DNA of 64,000 nt, from positions 10,874-74,873 of the forward strand of contig CAZNGA010000002.1 of assembly GCA_964572485.1 (NCBI GenBank), given 5' to 3'. This document shows, piece by piece, positions 19,501 through 31,500 of this stretch; within the stretch, counting starts at the first letter, position 1; every line of letters begins with the position of its first letter. This DNA is from an uncultured Chitinophagales bacterium. GTDB taxonomy: Bacteria; Bacteroidota; Bacteroidia; Chitinophagales; CAZNGA01. The translations under genes and the position numbers were made by a program. The notes beneath the pieces were generated by a model. The model searched no databases and was not told the DNA's origin. It worked only from the letters and a program-made list of their open reading frames with translations.

Positions 19501-22500
19501 CCGGTGTGCCTCCGCAACTTGCAGAATACCATTGCCAGGTGGCCCCTGTTCCCAATGCTCCTCCGGAAACTACCAGTACGGTTGAATCTCCTGTACACAC
19601 AGTATCAACAGTAGCTGATGCTCCTGCGGGAGCAGTAGAATTCGTACCGATAGTTATCGTTACAGAATCACAAACAGTAGTATTACAAGTTCCCTCTGCT
19701 CTACCATAATATTTTGTAGTTACCAATGGGGTCACCATGATGGTATCGCCAGTTCCTGCAGAAACTCCTCCGCAACTAGCGGTATACCATTGCCAGGTGG
19801 CTCCGGTCCCCAATGTGCCGGCAGTAATATATATTTCTGTTGAATCGCCTGAACAAATCGTCGTTGAAACAGCAGCCACTGTAGGTGTAGTTGAAAGTAA
19901 ATTCACCGTGATCGCTACTGAAACACAAGTCGTCGTATCGCAGGAACTCTCAGCTCGTACGAAATAAGTGGTTGCTACCGCAGGAGAGACCTTAAGAGAA
20001 TCACCTGTCCCAACAGCCACACCTCCGCAACTAGCAGAATACCATTGCCATGTTGCTCCTACTCCAAGTGCTCCGCCGTTGATCACTAGCGTAGTAGAAT
20101 CTCCGATACAAATACTTGTAGTTGTAGCCGATGCACTTACAGCGGCTGTAGAGTTAGTTGCAAGTTTGATCATCGCAGAATCACACACTGTCGTATTACA
20201 AGTTCCCTCTGCTCTGGCGTAATAAGTGGTTGTGGCACCAGGCAGTACATAGATGGAATCTCCACCACCCACCGGTACACCACCGCAACTTCCTGAGTAC
20301 CATTGCCATGAAGCGCCAACACCTAATGAACCTCCATTTACTTTCAATAATGAAGAGTCTCCTGTGCATACTGTAGAATCGCTTGCTGTAACATTAGTTG
20401 CCGCAACAGAGGATCCGATGATCACAAATACAGTATCACAAGTTGTTGTATCACAATTGCCTTCTGCTCTTACAAAATAAGTTGTATTTACTACCGGGAA
20501 CACACTTACTGAATCGCCCGTTGCCAGTGGGGTACCACCGCAATTTAGGGTGTACCATTCCCAGGTGGCTCCAGATCCTAATGATCCGCCTCCTATGATC
20601 AATAACGTTGTATCGCCTAAGCAAATCGTATCATTACTTGCATAAGATGTAGAAGGTGGAGTTGAAACTGTACCCGTTACTGTCACAACCACATTTTGGC
20701 AGATAGTTGTGTCGCAGGTACCTTCCCCTCGTACATAATAAGTGGTAGTTACAATAGGTGATGCAATCAATGTATCACCTGTTCCGGCCGGAGTTCCTCC
20801 GCAACTGGTTGTGTACCATTCCCAGGTAGCGCCCAAACCAAGAGCGCCACCTGTAACAGTTAATGTCACATTTTGTCCGGCGCAAATGGTATCAGTGCTG
20901 GTAGCTGCACCGGTAGGTGCAACGGATGCTGCATTGATCAATAAGCTTGCCGTATCTGCCGGGCCTTCACAATTTGTACTTGTATCACTTTGAGTCACAT
21001 AATATACATAGAGTCCGGCTGTTGAATCACCTGATGCAAATGGATTGCCACTATATACCAGTGTATCCAATGCGGGATCTGAATACCATTTGATGCCCGT
21101 TCCAATCACTGAAAAATCCGGAACTGGATCAGTCTCGCAAATTGTATCACTTGATGCGGTAGGCGCAATAGGTATTGAATCCACCGTCAATATCGTTGGA
21201 ATAATGATCCGTTGGCTCAATGGATCATTTGAATTTATATTTATAGAACCAATGAATGTACCTGTATCAAATCCACAACTATAGAATGTTAGAGTAACTA
21301 TTTGAGAGTCAACTGCACCAATAGTACCGGTGTCAGGTGATGCACTCACAAGTTCTGATCCTGATATGGAAACATTGTCTAGCGCCCAATTATCAGTACC
21401 GGTTCCATTGTGGGTAATTTGCCTCCATCGTAATATTGTTGAATCGGTCTTGGCAAGATCAGGGATCGCTTCATTGATCAAAGTGAATACTGCATAATCT
21501 TCTGAGTCATAGGTTGCAATTGAAGAATAAAATAATCCTCCATTTGTTGAATACTCTAAAACGATATCCTCGCCAGCATTAGCATTCTCACATGGGAATG
21601 CACCTGTACCGATCTTAAGATAGAAATCTACCGTGCCACCTTTGCGTAGATCAAGGTTATAGGTAGTTGCCTGCCGCATGCCATTATTATCAAAATGCAT
21701 TGCCTTACCAACATTTGAACCGCATAGAGAATTTGCAGTACCGGTGTAGCTTGCCCATTGTGAATCATCAATACCCGGATCAAAATCATCAGACATTGTA
21801 AATGAGTTCGTAATATTCCAGGTCAATTCCGTTAACCCATTATTGTAAACCGTCATTGGAACTATTAGAGAATCACAGCACCCTGAAATATTCACATTGA
21901 AGGAATCCGGGTTCAGAGAAATGATCGGTCTGGCAAACCCATATCCTGATAAACAAATAAGGGTATCAGCATCATTGTTGACAATCGTGAGTGTATCAAG
22001 GAAGGTACCTACTGATACTGGTGAGAAAGTAATGATCACTCTAGCCGAATCGCTTGGATTTATTGTCAGGGAAGTCGAATCAACAGTATACACTGCAAGA
22101 CTATTGGTGATATTTGTAACCAATAGAGTGTCGCAACCTGTATTAGCCAGATATATAGTATCTGAGCTGGTAGTGAATTCCATTATGGAGTCCAGATAAA
22201 CACAAGTATCTGATGGAACTATTACTGGAGCCCCTACTACAGTCAATGTACAAGGCACTGTTATTTCAGTGTTTGAAGGATCATTGGAATACACTGTTAT
22301 TTCAGATGTATACACACCGCTAATGAGTCCAAGTGAGTTGAATTCCACATTGTACACCGTTGAATCGCCGGTAAATAATGTATCATTACCCATTGAAGAC
22401 ACGGTCATCCAACCTACTCCCTTAACTCTTAATTGGACCCTATGCAGGTTCACACCTATTGCACCAACAAATGGGCTATTATCAACAGAGACTGCAATGG

Positions 22501-25500
22501 CTCCATCTGCCAGCCAATTGGAAACATTAGCGCCTCCAAGCGAATAACTGACAACAATATCAGTGCCATTGGAAGGATTACCATCTGCAATTTGGGTAAC
22601 AAAATCGCCATCAATATAAAGATCGGCATATTCATTACCTCCATCAAAATCACCATTAAGAGTTATGGTCACAAATATGGAATCATCTACTCCTAGCTCT
22701 GGGAAATTGTGTATCGTGGTCTCTCCAGCTGTTGAGAAAGTTTTCGAACTTGTGGAATCAAAATAGGATCCGCCGGTAACAATATAATCCAGTTCACCAA
22801 AACCTGTATTGTATACAGTGAATAATGTAGCGACGGAATCATTACAAGGTACTATATTGATGTCAAATGAATCGGGAGCTACACTTATCGCCGGGGCATT
22901 TAAACTTACTCCGGAAAGGCAAATAGTCGTATCTACATCATTATTGAAAATGGTAAGAGTATCTGTGAAGTTGCCTAAACCTGAAGGCAAGAAGTTAACA
23001 ACAACCTCTCCTGTGTCACCGGGAAGAATGCTCATTGTAGGAGCAGCATATTGGATCACAAGAAGAGGTGCATTTTCCGGCTCTCCTTCAAATGATTCAG
23101 CGGTACGTTCGCCATTACCTTCTACAATAAAGGTCATCGGGTTACCACTAGTCCACCCAGCTCTGTCAACCAATTCCTGAACAATAGTTGTCAGGTCAGG
23201 GGTTTTATAATTATTATTTACTACCCAGGGAGGCAGCGCATTCCATGCAACAGTTGCAGATGTTTTTGTTCGGGTTGAAATATTATTTAGTGCAATTGTG
23301 AATTGATTACTACTATCCACATCTTCTGCGGAAACAGTTAGATTAGTGGTCCCTGCGTCTGCTTCATCACATTCGAATTTAATATAGGCATTAACAATTG
23401 TTGCTGCCTGGGGAACACTGATATTTTGGAATCGCATACCAACCATTTGAGCTATTGCTCCATCATTGACGAATTCAAGATCAGTACTCAAATAATCCAC
23501 ACCGCCGGTTGCAGTATATTCTTCAGCATCATCAAGCCCTGTTCTAATTCTTGAAGATACCATTACATTGAATGTATCCGCAAAGAACATCGTTTGTGCA
23601 TTTGATGTTCCGGTTACGGTTAAGGTATCACACCCTGTGTTGAATATCTGAACGGTATCAGTATTGGTGGCTCCAATTATAGCAGTATCAAGATCTACAC
23701 AACTATCCGACAATGCAATGTTTGGCGGCCCGCTTACCGTTAATGTACAAGGAACTACTGTAGGTGAATTGATAGGATCATTGGAATAGATCATCAGATC
23801 GCTTGTATATTGGCCCGAATTAAACCCGGTGGCATTGAACTGTACTGATATCACAGTTGAATCACCGGTTGCAATACTGCCCGTATCAACTGAGGTTGAC
23901 AGCCATGTTGCCGATGGGTATATAGTTTCAAGGAATTTCGTCATGATCAAAGATGTCGTATTATCATTGATATACCCACCCCCGGTTCCGGCATATAATA
24001 GATAATAAATTCTTGTCTTGGAAGTCAGATTAGTGATTTCATGATAATCATTATCAGTGTTTGCTGACCAGGAATGACTTACACCTGCATCATTTTCAAC
24101 AATAACCAAATGGTTCACTGATGGGTCCCCTGCGTTGTAAACACGCTTAATAAATCCTTTAAAGTTCCCACCACAACTATTGACAACAACAGTGGAAGCA
24201 TCTACGTTTCCGGTGCCATCAGCACCTAATTCACCAGAGATCTCAAACATAGCAACACTATCAAGGTCAGCTCCCAATACAAATAATCCATCATATTTCC
24301 TTGTAAAATATCTACCTGTAGCACCAAAAGCTGTATCATTTATTATTGTATCATCAGAATAATTGATATCATTTGCAAAATTCGTACTAATATAATTCCC
24401 CCAATCATACATATCGTTACCGCCATCAGGGATGGCATTACCGGTAACGCCATTTGTAAAACTGTAAGGAGCGGGAATCTCCCCCGTAACATCAGTAAAG
24501 TTTGTATTCAAATTACTAAGTACATTCTCAAGGGATGAACTTGTTGTTAAATCACAAATTGTGAAATCCAGGTTCCCTAAACCTGTATTATTTATCGTTA
24601 AATTCAAGGAAGTTGAATCCGTACATGTAACAATGGTTGCCTGTAAAGAATCAGGGCTAACGGAAATAACCGGCATCACATACCCCACTCCTGAAAGACA
24701 AATGAGTGTGTCTACATCGTTCGTGAAAATTTGCAATGTATCCAGATAGGTACCGCTGGAAGTCGGAGAAAAGGTAACAACTATCCTTTCCGAATCAAAT
24801 GGCAGAACAGTTAAGGTAGTAGAATCCACACCATATTCCGGTAAGGAATTTGTGATGTTAGTAACAAATAAAGTGTCACATCCATTATTGATCACAGTTA
24901 AAGAGTCCGTGGTACTGGAGTTTTCCATGGTGGAATCTATCGTTATACATGTATCGGATAATGCCAAATCCGGGGTACCGTTTACAGTTAAAATAACCGG
25001 TACATTGATAATCGTGTTGATGGAGTCATTTGATTCGATGAGAATATCATAATTATAGGTTCCGGTATTTAGCCCCAACCCATTGAATTCAATTGTAACA
25101 ATGGATGAGTCTGATCCAACAACTGAATCACTGGTTGGAGTGGCTCCCAGCCAATTGTTCAACTCAATAACCTCAAGGAATTTTGTCATGATGGCTCTTG
25201 TCTGTGTATTACTTATCAATGTCCCTTCACTGGTAGCATCATACGATGCATATAAGAGATAATAGATCTGAGTTGTTGAGCCCAAGCCTGTAACCTCATG
25301 GTCATCATCGTTGGTATCAGAAGAATAGTTATGTGCTGTAGTTGGACTATTTTTTACGATGATCAAATGATTGATGGAGGGATCACCTGCAGCATAGATC
25401 CGCTTGACGTATCCGGTATATGTGGCCCCATTTAAAGTTACCGAGAGAATAGCGGCGCTAATAGTACCATCCCCATCTGCTCCGTTATTGCCTGTGATCT

Positions 25501-28500
25501 CAAAAGAAGAGATCCCATCAAGATTCGCAGCAAAAACAAATAGTCCGTTATATTTCCTCGTAAAATATTTACCTTTTGGACCTAACAAAGCACTGCTAGA
25601 GATCAAATTATTGGAGTAAGGAATTGACCCTCCAAGGTTCGTACCTAAATAATTGCCCCCATCATACATATCATCTCCACCATCACTTATATTGGTGCCT
25701 AATATTCCATCAGAGAAATCATATTTATCTGGGATCAAACTGGTAATAGAGGCAAATCCCTGGTTTAGTTTAGAGAGGATAGAATCCAGGTATGTGTTAC
25801 CATTAACTCCTTCAATACTATATATGAGATCACTCACACCATTATTATAGACGGTAAGTGGTAGTGTAGTAGAATCATTACAATTTACCAACGTAACATT
25901 AAATGAATCAGGGTCAATGGCAATAATAGGTGCTCCTATACTTGCTCCTGTGATGCAAATAGTAGTATCTACATCATTGGTGAATATCGTCAGCGTATCG
26001 AAAAAGGTTCCAATAGATGTTGAGGAAAAGGTCACTGTCAAAGATCCTGTATCATATGGTAATACAATAAAAGCAGTGTCGTCAACCGTAAAATCAGGCA
26101 ATACATTTGTAATATTTGTAATATCTAATGTGTCGCATCCTAGATTGATAATAGAGAATGAATCAGAAGTAGGAATATATTGAATGGTAGACCCCAAATC
26201 CAAACAAGTATCTGATAAAGCCATTGAAGGAGCTCCAACAATAGTAAGAGTACATGGTACCACCAAAGGAGAATTTGCCGGATCGTTTGATGTAATGGTC
26301 AGATCAGTAAAATATTGACCACTATTTATCCCGTTGGCATTGAATTGAATATCGATGACCGATGAATCTCCTGCCATTATAGTGTCAGATGTAATAGAAG
26401 GATTGAAGATACCATTGACCACTACCGTATAATCTTCAAATTGTCCGTATTGCACATTTGCACAAGCAGTAGGCGTGGCTTGAGGAGCATAATTAGAAAC
26501 AACGCGCATCCTCAAAGACCTGGATTTCACGGCAGTTAAGGGGATGAGTACATTCGTAGAGTGATTTACATAGGTATTTAATGATTCAATTACCTTTTCA
26601 GAAGGTTCAAACACACCATTATCATTAAAATCTATCCATGCGCAAACATCTTCATTATAAGTTGTTCCTGTGGTAACAGATAATGTATAGGTACTGCCGG
26701 CATTAACAAAGGTCCCGATAGTACTTGAATAATCCTGGTAACCTTCCCAGCCCGGATTTGTAGAATTATTGATGGAATTGAAGGTAACATTCCAGATACC
26801 CATATTACAGCAATATCCTGTAGTTGTCACAGTACAAGCACTTTTAGGTGACCCAAAAGAACCACTGAGACTATCAAAATATAAATCATAAGTTAAACTT
26901 CCCAGCCCTGTATTGTAAACGGTTAGTTGTTGGGTCACGGAATCATCGCAATTGACTATGGTCACATCAAAAGAATCGGGATTGACTGTAATAACCGGAG
27001 CATTAACTCCTACCCCTGAAAGGCAAATAACCGTATCCACGTCATCATTGAAAATGGTCAGAGTGTCGAAGAAAGACCCTGTTGTGGTTGGTGAGAATGA
27101 TACGATCACCATTCCTGTGTCCCACGGCTCAATGGAAAATGAGGTGTCATTCACGGTAAATATTGAGAGTGCATTCGTAATATTTGTAACTATCAGACTA
27201 TCACACCCACTATTATATATCCATAAGGTATCTATGCTTGTAGTAAGCTCCATAGTTGAATCGAAAACAATACATGTATCGGAAAGGGCTAAAATCGGAA
27301 CCCCATCAACAGTTAATGTAGCGGGAATAGTTATTGTAGGAGTAACCGGATCATTGGATTGAATTTTGAGATTCGTCGTATAAACATCACTTGCCAATCC
27401 TGTGGACTTGAACTGAACGCCTAACACAGAGGAGTCCCCAACAGCGACGGTATCTCTTGCATCTGTTACGCTTAACCAACTTAATCCTGGATGATAGAGT
27501 CGTGCCTGGTGTAACCGATCCCCTGTTGTTCCATCAACATCCCAAACATTATTAATACCTACAACAATATTTCCATCAGCAAGCCAACCCGCTAACTGGG
27601 CGCCTCCAAATGCATAATTTACAATAATGTCGGTTCCATCAGCAACATTACCATCGTCAATATTACCAATAGAATTTCCATCAATAGTGAGGAAGGCATA
27701 CTCCCAGGTAGAGCTGAAATCACCATTTAGCGTAATTGTCAAATACAAAGAATCAGTATTGCCTACATTGTAGAAAGTAAAATAGGAATCCTCTCCATTT
27801 GTAGAATATATATTATATTTTGTGGAATCATAAGAGGAGCCACCTTCCACAAAATAAGTCAGGTCAACCACTCCATTATTGTATATCGTTAAATTTTGGG
27901 TAACAGAGTCATCACACGATAATATGGTTGCATTCAACGTATCAGGATCAACTGCAACAACTGATGCACCTATTCCCACCCCAGTAAGACAAACAAAGGT
28001 ATCTGCATCACTATTGACTATTTGCAGTGAATCAGAAAAAGTGGCAACAGTTGTGGGTGTAAATGTAACTATGACATAATCCGTATCGCTTGGCATAAGT
28101 GTAAAAGCAGTATCTCCAAAAGTAAATTCAGGAAGTGTGTTCGTAATATTTGTAATAAACAAAGTATCACAGCCGGTATTATAGAACCATAAAGTATCAC
28201 TACTAGATACATTTTGTTGTGCTGTATCCAATTGCAAACAACTGTCTGACATTACAAGTCTTGGATTGTCAATAACCGTCAAGGTGCAGGGTATGACAAT
28301 TTGTGGAGTCAGGGGATCATTTGAGTTAATCACAACCGTAGAAGTATAGACACCGGAAGTTAACTCCAATGCATTCAGTTCTATACTGATCTGCGAAGAA
28401 TCACTTGCCACAACAGTATCTGATGTAATAGAAGAATTTATCCAACTGACACCCCATAGCTGCAATTGTACCTTGTGCAATCTATCTCCAGACCAATTAT

Positions 28501-31500
28501 CTACATTCCCATTATTATCGATGGTAACGGTAATCTCTCCATCCGCTAGCCATCCTTGTACTTGAGCTCCTGAGAATGCATAGTTCACCACAATATCTGT
28601 TCCGTTGGCAGGATCACCATCAACAATAATCCCTAGGTAATCACCATCAACATAAAGTTCAGCCCATTCAGATGACCAGTCAAAATCACCATTCAATGTA
28701 ATGGTAAGATATACTGAATCACTAGGTGGAAGTGAAGTGAAATCATGGTCGGTAGCTTCACCATATGTCGTATATATGATGGTACTTGTTGAATCAAAGT
28801 TCTTCCCTATTCCCGGCACCACATTGTAGATCAAATCACCAACACCGGTATTATATACGGTTACTATTTGGGTCACTGAATCATGGCATACCGTAATGGT
28901 CGCTTCTAAAGAATCAGGATCAACAGATATAACAGCTGCCCCTGAAGAGACCCCTGCCAGGCAAATAGTTGTATCTAAATCATTGGTGAAAACATTTAGA
29001 GTGTCCACAAAACTACTAACCGAAGTAGGAGCAAATGTTACAAATAGCATTCCTGTATCATCGGGCATAACATTCATTGCGGTTGTATCTACTGAAAATT
29101 CTGTTAGGGTATTTGTAATATTGGTGATTGACAAAGTGTCACAACCGGTATTAATTAAAAACAAAGTATCTGTAGATGTATAATTCTCTGTAACTGTATC
29201 AAAATCAAAACAGGTATCCACCAAAGATAGAACTGGAGCACCTACCACCTGCAATGTACATGGTACAACCAATTGGGGATTCACAGGGTCATTTGAATTG
29301 ATATAAAGCAAACTGGTATATTGGCCGGCGTCTAAATCATTCGCATTGAATTCGACATCTATAACTGATGAATCTCCAATAGCCACTGTATCCGACATGA
29401 TCGAGAAGGTAAAAGCACTATTTATGATTATGGTATAATCTTCAAATTGCCCATATTGAACATTTGAGCAAGGCTGTGGTGAAGCTTGAGGTGCATAATT
29501 CGAAGCTATTCGCATTCTAAGTGGTTTGCCCACAATCGCATTTGATGGTATATTTATTGTGCCAGTATGAGTTACATAAGTGTTCAATGACTCAAAGACG
29601 TTTTCACCTCCAGTAAATATCCCATTATTGTTGAAGTCGATCCAAACCTCAACATCTTCATTATATGTTGTTCCAGTTTGAATGGAAATTGAGTAAGATT
29701 GCCCCAAACCAACGGTCGTATTGATACCAGTAAAATCCTCGTACCCTACAGACCCATTACTTGAGGTATTGTTAATTGTATTGAATGTTACATTATATAT
29801 CCCCATATTACAACAATAGCCTGTTGTTATAGGGTAACAAGTGGCTGCTATGGGTAATCCACCAAAATCACCTTCAAAACTATCAATCTCCATAGAATAG
29901 ATGAGGTCATTTGTACCTGTATTATAAACTGTCAGGGTTTGTGTAACCGAATCATCGCATGCGATAATGGTCACATTAAATGAATCCGGATCCACAGAAA
30001 TAATAGGTGCACCTATGCCAGTTCCTGATAGGCAAACAGTTGCATCCACATCATTGTTGAAAATATTTATAGTATCAGTAAAGTTGCCCAAACTTGAGGG
30101 TGTAAAATTGACAATTACGAATCCTGTATCCCCCGGTAAAATGTTCATTGTTGGAACAGCGTATTGGATCACAAGCAATGGTGCATGTTCAGATTCCCCG
30201 TTAAAGGCTTCTGCTGTTCGCTCGCCACTACCCTCTACAATAAAGGTCATTGGGTTTCCACTTGCCCATCCTGCCCTGCCAACCACTTCCTCAACAATAG
30301 TTGCCAAATTGGGTGTTTGGTATTTATTATTTACTGTCCATGGAGATATAGTATCCCAAGATACTGAAGCAGTCGTTTTTGTTCTCAATGAAATATTATA
30401 AGAGGTGTTCATGAACTGAACACTACTATTTATATCTTCTCCATATACCGTTAAATTGGTAGCTCCTGCGTCTGCTTCATCGCACTCAAATTTTATGTAT
30501 GCATTTACAATTGTAGCCCCCTGGGGCACATTAATATCTTGAAAACGCATACCTACGATCTGAGCTGTGGCCCCATCATCAACAAATTCAAGATCAGAGC
30601 TAGTTAAATCCATGCCACCATTTGACACATATTCTTCCGCATCATCTAGAGAATGGCTGATCCTTGAAGAAACCTTTATATTGAAAGTATCTGTAGAGAA
30701 AATGGTTTGGGCATTAGCAGCTCCTGTTACGCTTAAGGTGTCACAGCCATTATTGAAGATCTGCAAAGTATCTGTATTGGTTACTCCAACCACAGCAGTA
30801 TCCATATCAATGCATGTATCTGACAACCCAATAATCGGACTTCCATTGACCGTTAAGGTACATGGTATGGTAAACATGGGTGACAATTGATCATTCGACT
30901 GAACCCTTATCCAGGAATAATAAGTCCCAACACTCAGCCCTGATGATCTAAACTTAATATCAATTTGGGTAGAATCTCCGTTGGCTATTGTATCTGAGGT
31001 TATAGAAGAGCTCACCCAATCTACTCCGTTGAGTGCTATCTGAACCGCATGCAGATCTATGCCGCCCTCATCTACAAAAACACTATTATGCAAACCAATA
31101 ATAACCGTTCCATCATCTGTCCATCCCTGCACGAGGGTGCCACCAAGAGCTACAGGTATGACAATGGCAGAATTATATGCACCATTCCCGTCATCAAGTT
31201 GCATCACAAAATCTCCATCAACATACAGATCTACATACTCTGAACTGCTATTGTAATCCCCCATTACAGTTATAGTCAAATACATAGAATCGCTTCGAAT
31301 GATTCCATTGAAAACATGGTTTGTTAGCGCACCGCCAACTGAATATGTCTGTGAATCTACAGCGCTATAAGTCTCTCCAAATCCTGCATAGAGGTTGTAA
31401 AAAAGATCACCGGGCCCTGTATTATATGTTGTTAAGGTCTCTGTAATAGAATCATCACAAGCAACTATAGTAACGTCGAAAGAATCGGGGCTGTAAGATA

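Noticed and set aside
17339-20929. The regular ~256/513-bp periodicity could superficially suggest a CRISPR-like or satellite array.
   Set aside because: The units are ~85 codons of one continuous reading frame with conserved Cys/Trp positions. There are no short direct repeats separated by unique spacers, and no cas genes are in the window.
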